Below are positions 59,501 through 64,000 of a stretch of 64,000 nt of DNA, piece by piece. The stretch's first letter is position 1. Every line of letters starts with the position of its first letter. Source of the DNA: Octopus vulgaris (taxonomy: Eukaryota); the NCBI GenBank assembly GCA_951406725.2, contig OX597823.1:96596001-96660000 (forward strand), read 5' to 3'. A program made the translations under genes and the position numbers. A model generated the notes under the pieces. The model made no database searches, had not been told where the DNA came from, and was given only the letters and a program-made list of their open reading frames with translations.

Positions 59501-60255
59501 AATTTGTGTGTCTGTGTTTATCCTCCCAACATCGCTTGACAACCAATGCTGGTGTGTTTACGTCCCTATAACTTAGCGGTTCAGCAAAAGAGACTGGTAG
59601 AATAAGTACTAGGCTTACAAAGAATAAGTCCTGGGGTTGATTTGCTTGACCAAAGGCGGTGCTCCAGCATGGCCACAGTCAAATGACTGAAACAAAAGAG
59701 AAAAGAGTAAACAAAAAAAAAAACCCTGCTTACTTGGTTGCAGACAATATCTGGTTGTAGGACTTGATTAGCTAAACACCAAAGGGCACGAGTGCAAACC
59801 ACTTTATCTTCTGTTTCCAGTGCACAGAGGCAGAGATTTCGTATTACTTCATTGCTGTCTTTTAATCCCATGGAACTGCAAAAAAGATGACAAAAGACAA
59901 GACTAGTAAAAATTTCCCTTCATAAGTTGCTACAAGTTTTAGCTTCCAGAGTTAGATTCCGAAAGTGAAAGCAGTTAATAAATGAAGGGGGCAGGGCACA
60001 GATCGTTAATAAAATGAAGGCTGGAAGAGTATGAGTGAAAGCAGAAGAGAGAGGAAAATAAGAGAACAATAGAAAAAAAAAACTTACTTGATAATGGTTT
60101 GATTCTGTAGGCAGAGCCCTAGCACTTGTAATGCACTCTCAGTAAGTTCTGATGAAGATCCCATAATATCCGACTGTATCAATGAGATCACCTGTTTGCT
60201 ACTCTTGGCAACATCTTGGACAAAAGCCAGGTCGTTAGTCTCCATTTTCAGTTTA
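804..60255 (-). CDS. RIF1: RIF1 (telomere-associated / replication timing regulatory factor 1), spliced CDS of 33 exons in the window, 5'-partial
   Basis: The exons join in frame through GT-AG introns. The peptides match metazoan RIF1 as I recall it: SELTESALQVLGLCL, TRALWCLANQ, ELKKLFQSRNEVYVLRVWSLLVQLLG, AFSAWKYLIENFASNP, KLEVWWY, NEINQGDALEHNF, RILTQHQKEVLK, PAMYNSLDQSQD, SPTTGILKKR...RRVSFADP, ILPQLTSSMWFRGLSQLLKARKLHTVGDL...LPVRSPKV. Confidence 0.97.
1368..1727 (-). mobile_element. tRNA-derived SINE, family A
   Basis: tRNA-like head with A/B-box-like motifs (GTGGCTGTGTGGTAAG...GGTTCAGTCCC), body and ...GACTGAAACAAGTAAA tail shared with several copies in the window. Confidence 0.85.
3254..3409. 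mobile_element. pogo/Tigger-type MITE
   Basis: TIR CAGTAGTACCTC / GAGGTACTACTG flanked by TA on both sides. Confidence 0.7.
3629..4072 (-). CDS. RIF1: RIF1 exon 32 (acidic, S/T/P-rich linker)
   Basis: 444 nt, phase 1-1, tag acceptor and gtaatt donor. Encodes PELDSPHSSIK...EDLFEEEDEK. Confidence 0.8.
4100..4255 (-). mobile_element. Penelope-like terminal repeat fragment with hammerhead-like motif
   Basis: Homologous to 25070-25220 (+), embedded in TA microsatellite. Motif CTTT-CTGTAGAAGAACGTAGGCTCGAAACATA-AAAG. The family assignment is inferred. Confidence 0.5.
4256..4365. repeat. compound microsatellite (TATG)n(TA)n(CA)n
   Basis: Seen directly in the sequence. Confidence 0.95.
4942..5739 (-). 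CDS. RIF1: RIF1 exon 31 (carries the 11-aa tandem repeat)
   Basis: 798 nt, phase 1-1, atcag acceptor and gtaagt donor, open throughout. Confidence 0.8.
5042..5734 (-). repeat. coding minisatellite, 21 x 33 bp (unit SAEAQDKTKAQ)
   Basis: Unit TCTGCTGAGGCACAAGATAAAACCAAGGCTCAA repeated in tandem within exon 31. Confidence 0.97.
5845..5928 (-). CDS. RIF1: RIF1 exon 30
   Basis: 84 nt, phase 1-1, ttctttag acceptor and gtaagt donor. Encodes VSSEAEEKTIATPAAQTVVDRESSLLE. Confidence 0.75.
6055..6417 (+). mobile_element. non-autonomous Helitron, family H1
   Basis: 5' TC after A, subterminal hairpin CCCGAACAACGTCGGG and a CCAG (CTAG-like) end. Homologous to 47506-47925 and to the 3' part of 8283-9930. 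Confidence 0.75.
7099..7632 (+). repeat. ~205-bp direct repeat pair (7099-7309 and 7430-7632)
   Basis: Near-identical copies starting GATTCACAGCGATGTCTATAGC. Confidence 0.92.
7995..8282 (+). mobile_element. RTE LINE 3' UTR fragment with (GAT)n tail
   Basis: AAAAGCACCCACTACACTC...GAAGGGCATCCAGC...GTTAAACGATGATGAT, shared with many copies. Confidence 0.8.
8283..9930 (+). mobile_element. non-autonomous composite Helitron
   Basis: A|TC start (TCTTATTATAAAAGGCAGATT, shared with the element at 60483-61823), hairpin CCCGAGCAACGCCGGG and CTAG|T end. Confidence 0.7.
9931..10266 (+). mobile_element. non-autonomous Helitron, family H2
   Basis: Hairpin TGACCCAGCATTGCCGGGTCA followed by CTAG|T. Homologous to 46881-47249. 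Confidence 0.75.
10452..10810 (-). CDS. RIF1: RIF1 exon 29 (CII subdomain)
   Basis: 359 nt, phase 2-1. Encodes FRGLSQLLKARKLHTVGDLASLSEYDIHNLPVRSPKVPHVKKIL. Confidence 0.95.
11046..11251 (+). mobile_element. tRNA-derived SINE, family B
   Basis: Head GGCAGCGAGCTGGCAGAAACGTTAG...GAGTTCAAATTC, core GACTTTGCCTTTCATC, flanking duplication GGTATTTATAA. Confidence 0.85.
12261..13110 (+). mobile_element. RTE-clade LINE, 5'-truncated and decayed (ORF C-terminus plus 3' UTR)
   Basis: Broken frame reads VRTVMLHGSETYAVTAEDMHRLVRNEASMLCWMC...YGHVM...GRPRKTWDEMVKHNLRMLG, then runs into the (GAT)n-tailed UTR. Confidence 0.85.
13338..14980 (-). mobile_element. non-autonomous piggyBac element
   Basis: TTAA on both sides, TIR CCCTTTCGTTACT / AGTAACGAAAGGG, decayed transposase N-terminus homologous to 32401-33605. 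Confidence 0.9.
13851..14383. repeat. 3 x ~180-bp tandem repeat inside the piggyBac element
   Basis: Units begin TTCCAGACCACATCG at 13851, 14030 and 14210. Confidence 0.97.
15170..15520 (-). mobile_element. RTE LINE 3' UTR fragment
   Basis: Reverse complement of the (GAT)n-tailed family. Confidence 0.8.
15780..15958 (-). CDS. RIF1: RIF1 exon 28 (start of CII)
   Basis: 179 nt, phase 0-2. Encodes KRDSISNS...PVFAELVSCQEPISLILPQLTSSM(W). Confidence 0.93.
17332..17460 (-). CDS. RIF1: RIF1 exon 27 (RVSF PP1-docking motif)
   Basis: 129 nt, phase 0-0. Encodes QRRVSFADPIFEEK...LLSNYK. Confidence 0.93.
17795..18629 (+). mobile_element. mariner transposon relic, internally deleted
   Basis: TA flanks and degenerate TIRs (GGGGTACCCAAAA / TTTAGGGTATCCCC). 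Peptide relics YEWF..FKNG, MKRVAAKFVPHLLTENQKQ, IIDDKSWCYG and CIASNGEFFEGD. Confidence 0.88.
20912..23287 (-). CDS. RIF1: RIF1 exon 26, large disordered-region exon ending with the GILK motif
   Basis: 2,376 nt open frame, phase 0-0, ttccag acceptor and gtaagt donor. Ends VYSPTTGILKKRLQNNGETPSPPNK. Confidence 0.95.
24319..24388 (-). CDS. RIF1: RIF1 exon 25
   Basis: 70 nt, phase 2-0, required to link exons 24 and 26 in frame. Encodes SNHMITSPVMSFSSDETSSQYNL. Confidence 0.8.
25070..25220 (+). mobile_element. Penelope-like terminal repeat fragment with hammerhead-like motif
   Basis: CTTT-CTGTTGAAGAGCACAAGCTTGAAACATA-AAAG. Homologous to 4100-4255. Confidence 0.5.
25288..25498. mobile_element. 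hAT-like MITE (decayed)
   Basis: Ends CAGTGGTTCTCAAC / GTTGAGGAGCACTG. No 8-bp TSD is evident. Confidence 0.55.
26895..26948 (-). CDS. RIF1: RIF1 exon 24
   Basis: 54 nt, phase 2-2. Encodes the conserved YCLPAMYNSLDQSQDSM. Confidence 0.9.
27918..27997 (-). CDS. RIF1: RIF1 exon 23
   Basis: 80 nt, phase 0-2. Encodes the conserved DFVVIEPPQNKRRILTQHQKEVLKER. Confidence 0.92.
29089..29259 (-). CDS. RIF1: RIF1 exon 22
   Basis: 171 nt, phase 0-0. Encodes ASSQVSDEVVPAPVSPNKMHGSLLK...GDMKDQ. Confidence 0.82.
29875..30270 (-). mobile_element. SINE family B, dimeric or tandem copy
   Basis: One head followed by two core units with different tails. Confidence 0.8.
31283..31515 (-). mobile_element. SINE family B with target-site duplication
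   Basis: ATAAAGAGGTATTTCTT is present on both flanks. Confidence 0.85.
31653..31758 (-). CDS. RIF1: RIF1 exon 21
   Basis: 106 nt, phase 2-0. Encodes RALAKVKEKMVIRLPGWISTE...TSQYSQ. Confidence 0.9.
32401..33605 (+). mobile_element. non-autonomous piggyBac element with transposase N-terminal relic
   Basis: TTAA flanks, TIR CCCTTTTGTTAC / GTAACGAAAGGG. Frameshifted peptide MDTNFIISSSESEFEGFS...FSEETGPSH...ALDYFFLLF...ITAETNHY...TLNEIKAYFAINIIMGIRKLP. Inserted in a SINE-B copy. Confidence 0.92.
34034..34414 (+). mobile_element. tRNA-derived SINE, family A, full length
   Basis: Complete from head to tail. Confidence 0.9.
34608..34810 (-). CDS. RIF1: RIF1 exon 20
   Basis: 203 nt, phase 0-2. Encodes HDKLWQDVINSIQNTYKGMYDTDFLNVLAPLLEVNFLHPRRFIKNQTVQLWKATFSQ. 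Confidence 0.93.
35170..35680 (+). mobile_element. RTE LINE 3' UTR fragment with internal tandem units and (GAT)n tail
   Basis: Repeated GAGCGTGATCGTT...CCAG units followed by the shared terminal sequence. Confidence 0.8.
36367..36555 (-). CDS. RIF1: RIF1 exon 19
   Basis: 189 nt, phase 0-0. Encodes TVNFASLQSAARHLIGIMTTLFSEI...SSSLPK. Confidence 0.88.
37090..37429 (-). mobile_element. tRNA-derived SINE, family A, nested in a piggyBac-type MITE
   Basis: Reverse complement of 34034-34414 with a small internal deletion. MITE halves lie at about 36983-37089 and 37430-37540. Confidence 0.88.
37870..38275 (-). mobile_element. old RTE-like LINE fragment
   Basis: Peptide relic WYCGHVIRMSEERITRWILQAEPTSRR..RPRMKWLDYI. 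Confidence 0.7.
38773..38921 (-). CDS. RIF1: RIF1 exon 18
   Basis: 149 nt, phase 1-0. Encodes LGSPGKWGGKRKQNPLKNLNSVIDLVVL...VDKQ. Confidence 0.88.
40319..40421 (-). CDS. RIF1: RIF1 exon 17
   Basis: 103 nt, phase 0-1. Encodes KLKTDTLFLEQLTMICETLLSFVDFSPHSRNTSF. Confidence 0.88.
40804..41160 (-). mobile_element. RTE LINE 3' UTR fragment
   Basis: Reverse complement of the (GAT)n-tailed family. Confidence 0.8.
41486..41700 (-). mobile_element. SINE family B with target-site duplication
   Basis: GCCATAAGGAAATATTACC is present on both flanks. Confidence 0.88.
41893..42045 (-). CDS. RIF1: RIF1 exon 16
   Basis: 153 nt, phase 0-0. Encodes TVNKTLMKTWSNIYRTFANLAALVVNAAPNVTCEHLS. Confidence 0.93.
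42313..42682 (+). mobile_element. SINE family A, diverged copy
   Basis: Homologous to 34034-34414. Confidence 0.8.
42808..43158 (+). mobile_element. RTE LINE 3' UTR fragment with (GAT)n tail
   Basis: Shared terminal sequence. Confidence 0.8.
43429..43533 (-). CDS. RIF1: RIF1 exon 15
   Basis: 105 nt, phase 0-0. Encodes NNEINQGDALEHNFTCLYRSLFFPVKWLF. Confidence 0.95.
43598..43812. mobile_element. piggyBac-type MITE, family M2
   Basis: TTAA flanks, TIR CCTTTAGCATT / AATGCTAAGGGG. Related copies at 51258-51467 and about 45528-45715. Confidence 0.8.
44661..44870. mobile_element. piggyBac-type MITE, family M1
   Basis: TTAA flanks and a CCCTTTCGTTAC terminus shared with the larger piggyBac elements. 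Confidence 0.88.
45090..45270 (-). CDS. RIF1: RIF1 exon 14
   Basis: 181 nt, phase 2-0. Encodes ...EQKEQLWRLWSCLVNPLLDYISK. Confidence 0.93.
45731..45974. mobile_element. small insertion with internal 30-bp inverted repeat and 12-bp TSD (possibly Penelope-like)
   Basis: CAATTGCAGCGTGGAAGGTGTTTATAAGCC is inverted at 45885-45914. CATCATTGTTTA is present on both flanks. Confidence 0.6.
46172..46245 (-). CDS. RIF1: RIF1 exon 13
   Basis: 74 nt, phase 0-2. Encodes GTPALFLTELLLTPSMLKEGVSQE. Confidence 0.9.
46881..47249 (+). mobile_element. non-autonomous Helitron, family H2
   Basis: TC start, hairpin TGACCCGGCGTTGCTGGGTCA and ATAG end. Homologous to 9931-10266. Confidence 0.75.
47506..47925 (+). 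mobile_element. non-autonomous Helitron, family H1
   Basis: A|TC start, hairpin CCCGAGCAATACCGGG and CTAG|T end. Confidence 0.8.
48018..48101 (-). CDS. RIF1: RIF1 exon 12
   Basis: 84 nt, phase 0-0. Encodes KLFLAVTKLPKKILCSTAYNISSGEKIH. Confidence 0.9.
48850..49007 (-). CDS. RIF1: RIF1 exon 11
   Basis: 158 nt, phase 1-0. Encodes DLVVYIWSLFVEHLKLGLEAG...PYSVKY. Confidence 0.9.
49138..49242 (-). CDS. RIF1: RIF1 exon 10
   Basis: 105 nt, phase 1-1. Encodes PLNSNIIMGPALFLKQCSVIAYSLVELVCSADAP. Confidence 0.9.
50001..50216. mobile_element. piggyBac-type MITE, family M1 (opposite orientation to 44661-44870)
   Basis: TTAA flanks, TIR CCCTTTTGTTAC / GTAACGAAAGGG. Confidence 0.9.
50340..50489 (-). 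CDS. RIF1: RIF1 exon 9
   Basis: 150 nt, phase 1-1. Encodes ...PSFPSLQLKGLEAIAHLLQLPP. Confidence 0.88.
50655..51104 (+). mobile_element. CR1-group LINE 3' fragment with (ATT)n tail
   Basis: Encodes LGMDTLKLRRLAADLADTHKII...NTRGHIYKV...FRKHLFTLRVAEAWNKL...SFK, the typical CR1 ORF2 C-terminus. Confidence 0.9.
52081..52153 (-). CDS. RIF1: RIF1 exon 8
   Basis: 73 nt, phase 0-1. Encodes VCTPLLRFCVGGKWTQGARNTPTL. Confidence 0.88.
52325..52566 (-). mobile_element. tRNA-derived CORE-type SINE, family C
   Basis: Head GTGGCTTAGTGGTTAGG...GGTTTCGATTCC and CORE-like TTGTGTTCTTGAGCAAAACACTTCA. Relatives at about 29380-29600 and 39788-40080. Confidence 0.8.
52903..53430. repeat. ~200-bp near-perfect inverted repeat (52903-53099 / 53231-53430)
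   Basis: The arms are reverse complements with a few substitutions and one 3-nt indel. Confidence 0.95.
53671..53822 (-). CDS. RIF1: RIF1 exon 7
   Basis: 152 nt, phase 1-0. Encodes IIGDQKRIKLLMQVFKINNAKTENVALKKLEVWWYFVRKL. Confidence 0.95.
54708..54840 (-). CDS. RIF1: RIF1 exon 6
   Basis: 133 nt, phase 0-1. Encodes ELHCVFINQLLPIVELGFKSPNPNIKYEAFSAWKYLIENFASNP. Confidence 0.95.
54984..55076 (-). CDS. RIF1: RIF1 exon 5
   Basis: 93 nt, phase 0-0. Encodes KMASELKKLFQSRNEVYVLRVWSLLVQLLGT. Confidence 0.95.
55801..55990 (-). CDS. RIF1: RIF1 exon 4
   Basis: 190 nt, phase 2-0. Encodes LLQQVPKKMNEKAINWSHHVYSLL...ADVKT. Confidence 0.93.
56660..57717 (-). mobile_element. 5'-truncated CR1/L2-group LINE with uninterrupted RT C-terminal frame
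   Basis: Encodes QGTVLGPILFLILISDI...SFADD...VKDLGI...YCSQLWSP...YWQRLKTLRMYSIERRFERY. Has an (AAATG)n tail and CATGCA on both flanks. Confidence 0.95.
57988..58082 (-). CDS. RIF1: RIF1 exon 3
   Basis: 95 nt, phase 0-2. Encodes INPILDALEHSFSKPLSQSVLVEHEAVNLVV. Confidence 0.92.
59322..59711 (+). mobile_element. SINE family A, full length
   Basis: Homologous to 34034-34414. Confidence 0.88.
59734..59875 (-). CDS. RIF1: RIF1 exon 2
   Basis: 142 nt, phase 2-0. Encodes ...ETEDKVVCTRALWCLANQVLQPDIVCNQ. Confidence 0.93.
60088..60255 (-). CDS. RIF1: RIF1 first in-window exon (an upstream exon is missing)
   Basis: 168 nt, phase 2-2. Encodes KLKMETNDLAFVQDVAK...SSSELTESALQVLGLCLQNQTII. Confidence 0.9.
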
Positions 60256-60288
60256 CTAGAAGACAGGTAGAAAAAAAAGTATTAGCAT

Positions 60289-62062
60289 AGGTGTAGGAGT
60301 GGCTGTGTGTTAAGTAGCTTGCTTACGAACTACATGGTTCCAGGTTCAGTCCCACTGCGTGGTACCTTGGGCAAGTATCTTCTACTATAGCCTCGGGCCA
60401 ACTAAAGCCTTTTAAGTGGATTTGGTAGATGGAAACTAAAAGAAGCCTGTCGTATATATGCATGTGTATATATATATATATACTAGCAGAATTGCCCGGC
60501 GATGCTCGGCGCTGAATTGCTTGAAAGTACTGTTAATGATTGCACTGAATTATGATGATTATTCAGGCAAATATTGATATAAGTTTACGACGAATGAATG
60601 TATTTGTAAGTGTATAGAAAGCCGTGTAAAGGGGTTCCTACCCCCTCGTAGAATGGTGTAAGAATTGAATGCGAGGTTGCCTTGAAAAGAGCCTTTTATT
60701 GTTCTCATAATTGTAAGAATTTGATAGTTGTGGAAGGCGGTGTGTGGGACTGAACTCAGGACCATGTGTTTGGAACGTACTTTGTTACCACACAGCCACA
60801 CCTGCCCCTATGTATGTGTGTGTGCGCGTATGTGTGTATGGGTAGATAAATTATGCATGTATATATGTGTACATATTACATGTATATCTATATATATACA
60901 TCTACACATAAAATACAAAATACAAAGTTATATCTTGATATCGCTAGTGATAACAATACTCAAAATATATAACAGACTGGAATTGTAGGCCCGTCTCTTT
61001 CAATTTCGATCAATTGGATCTTGTCCTCCCTCTTGTATAGAAGTGTACGGCTGCAGCGAAATTCATTTTTGGACTTTCTTCTATCAAAGGCATTTTAACA
61101 AAAATGCTTCCGTAAAGACGGTGAAAATATTGTCAATTTCCCCAAACAGGGACACAATTCAATTTTTAAACAATAACCAAAGCCCCTTCTCTGAAAGGGG
61201 GAGGGTTACGGTATACAATTGTTTAACAAATGCAACGCAACAACATTTCCCTGACGAGGAACCAACAAACGTGATTACAATAGTCAAACAGTAATAATAA
61301 TAACAACAAACCTTTTTAATTTATCCCCATTTATGTGATACCACTTATTCAAGTTCAAGTCATTGATGCAATTTTATACGAATTACTAATACACACACAC
61401 ACACATAATAAGGGTGAAAAATTGAATATTAATTTGATTAATATGAATTGAAAACCAGTGGTGTAGCATATAAGACCATAGCGGATCTTCCTCTAGCAAA
61501 AAGGACGACCACTATTAATGGCTCATCCCTGTTATATAATACTTTCACTTTAATAGTTTCACACTTGCAAAGAGAGAAAAGGAGAAAGTGTGGTGGTAAT
61601 AGCAGGAGTAAATCACTTGAAATGAGAGAGGCAAATCGTAAAATATTGAGTTTTCTCGAATTTTTGCTTAATTGGGGGTCAAATTGAAAAAACTTTACAT
61701 GCCAATCGAATCTACTTGGAAAAATCATAGGTAAATTCCAATTGAAGAAATTCTATATTGTAGAATTGTATTAAAAAGAAACATGGGAACAGGCAGAGAA
61801 AATCTGCCTTTTATCATGAGAGATATATATATATATATATATACATTCATATATATATATATGTATGTGTGTATATATGTTTGTCCCCCCAACATTGCTT
61901 GACAACCGATGTTAGTGTGTTTATGTCCCCCGTAACATAGCGGTTCAGCAAAAGAGACCGATGGAATAAGTACTAGGCTTACAAAGAATAAGTCCTGGGG
62001 TCGATGTGCTCGACTAAAGGCGGTACCCCAGCATGGCCACATGAAACAAGTAAAAGAGTAAA
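60289..62062 (+). mobile_element. SINE family A split by a Helitron insertion
   Basis: 5' half at about 60289-60480 and 3' half at about 61825-62062. Confidence 0.8.
60483..61823 (-). mobile_element. non-autonomous Helitron (~1.3 kb)
   Basis: On the minus strand: TC start with ATAAAAGGCAGATTTT, hairpin CCGAGCATCGCCGGG and CTAG|T end. Confidence 0.72.
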
Positions 62063-63671
62063 GAGAGAGAGCAACAACACTGACAACAATAAAATTCAGA
62101 TTTCATAATTTCCTGTCCAAACCCAAGCAGTGTTAACTTTTCCTTTTATTTTTCCTTAAGGAAGAACTTGCCAACTACTAGGGTCTCTTTAAATTCACAT
62201 TATCAATAAATGTCTGTCATCCATGCTGGCATGAGTTGGATGGTTAGACAGAATATGGCATGTCAGGATTGCCCCAGGCTCCAATGTCTGCTTGAACAGC
62301 TGGATGTCTTTTTCTAACACCAACCACTTCACAGGGTTGTGAGAGTACTGCCCCCACCTTTTTCCATAGCTCCAGCACTAAGGAAGATTGCCTCATAACA
62401 TGTCAATGGCCTAAATGGCAACTACACCTGATAGAGAACAGGTAAGAGTAATCTACGGTTCTTAGTGGAAGGATGCAATATAGCAAGAGGAGGGAACGGG
62501 GGGGGATATAAGAGGATTGAAAGAGGGGGAGGTAGAGTTGAAAATGTGGTAGGGTGGGTTGTGTGAAAGGGGATCTGGGGCAAAAGGGAAAGGAAGGGAG
62601 TAAAAGATTGAGTGGAATCTTGAGAGACACTGAAGACAGATATATAAGGAGTGTTATGGAGACATCTACAAAATTTGACCTCATGCCAACATCAGAAAGC
62701 AAGAATAATTTATTAAGTTCCGATCCATAATCTCATGTTCAAACAGAATTTTTTCTTTGTAAAATACTACATTTTCAATACCACTTCACTCGAGACTGGC
62801 CTGGTTCTACAATATGAATTTTGTTTTAAGTGATCTAAATTATAATCTAACAAAAACTGTGTTGTTTCAAACACCAGTTAATAATTTGTCTTCCAAATGC
62901 AGTTAATAATGGAAATTATTTTACTAAATTCATTATTTTCAAAATTAATTGAACTAAAAGTAGAGTGTTTCAACAGAGTATTGGCAGTTCACCAATATAT
63001 CTATAGGCCATTCCCTTATCTCGAGGCCATGAAAAGAGTGGAAATGCCACTATCATTGGAAAGTTGGATGGTAGTAGGGAATAAAATCCTAAGCATGAAA
63101 AAATAATTTGGATTTCTTTCCACTTCACTGAACAAATTGCACTTTTATGATCAGTGTTCAGGAAACTTGTCAGTTTGACTAACATTAATTATCTATAGGA
63201 CATGTGACTAACAAGAAATTAGCAATTGAAAGACAGGCATTTCAACAAAAATACAGTAACAAAAGGGTCAAGTAGCTTGATGCATTTCATAGGAGAGAGG
63301 ACAGTCAGTCTTAAAGTTCTACCACTATTGGCTGGGACTTAAAAATAAGGCAAAGAAGTCAATAAAATTGGTTCAATACTTGAATGATACTTAATACTGG
63401 AAAGATATGATCAAGATGATCAATGCAGGGTATTATTTTAAAAAATCACTAATTTTTAAGACCAAAATTTATTCTGAGCAGCTTTTAAATTTTGAATATA
63501 GCTGCATAAATTTACAAAGGAAATAGTAAAATTTTCATAGTGTAATTGAAAAGGGTTTAAGTGAAATTGTTACAACTAATAATGTATAAATGTAGTTCCC
63601 CAGATTTGTTCCTTACAAGCAAAGGAAGGAGCCTCTGCATAGTTGGTCAACCTTCTAGAAATAGTTACCAG

Positions 63672-63859
63672 GCCCCTGTGCTGGTGGCACATAAAAAGCA
63701 CCCACTACACTCACGGAGTGGTTGGCGTTAGGAAGGGCATCCAGCTGTAGAAACACTGCCAGATCAGACTGGTGCCTGGTGCAGCCTCCTGGCTTCCCAG
63801 ACCCCGGTCGAACTGTCCAACCCATACTAGCATGGATGCGGACGTTAAATGATGATGAT
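63672..63859 (+). mobile_element. RTE LINE 3' UTR fragment with (GAT)n tail
   Basis: Shared terminal sequence. Confidence 0.8.
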
Positions 63860-64000
63860 CTTCAAATCACAAAACTGTCTGAAACTTTTCGCATTCAGAT
63901 TATCCTGTTGAATGTAAAGCTTATGTACATGGTTTTGAGTTAATCATGCGTTATCTTGTAACATTGAGATTTCAGTGATATAATTGTTTATTTTTTTGAA

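Noticed and set aside
61245-61280. Hammerhead-like CTGACGAG...CAAAC
   Set aside because: GAAA is broken and no convincing stems were found.
1523-63943. The many 60-135 aa ORFs in the track (e.g. FLQLDALPNANH, MPCSGTEPGTMWLV, MVLTWSDLNF types)
   Set aside because: They are recurrent translations of SINE, RTE UTR, Helitron and microsatellite sequence, not genes.
60256-64000. RIF1 first coding exon or promoter
   Set aside because: No exon encoding the expected N-terminal segment with a phase-2 donor was found. The region is mostly repeats, so the start probably lies outside the window.

Overview
This is AT-rich, repeat-dense animal DNA; its SINE, RTE, piggyBac and Helitron repeats resemble those I associate with octopus (coleoid cephalopod) genomes, so the taxon is an inference. 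Nearly the whole window is one minus-strand gene, RIF1 (Rap1-interacting factor 1 / replication timing regulatory factor 1). I traced 33 GT-AG coding exons with consistent phases from 60255 down to the stop codon at 804-806 (7,984 coding nt, about 2,660 aa). The first coding exon was not found and probably lies beyond 64000. The protein has the N-terminal HEAT region, a 2,376-nt disordered exon, GILK and RVSF PP1-docking motifs, and the CII and CIII subdomains. The introns hold tRNA-derived SINEs, RTE and CR1-group LINE fragments, non-autonomous piggyBac elements and MITEs, Helitrons, a mariner relic and Penelope-like ends. The most notable points are a 21 x 33-bp coding minisatellite in a greatly expanded CII-CIII linker, an extra KRVTF motif, a ~200-bp intronic hairpin, hammerhead-like motifs in Penelope-like ends, and a young LINE insertion. 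I found no convincing new multi-gene system. All coordinates were read by eye, and repeat boundaries are approximate.
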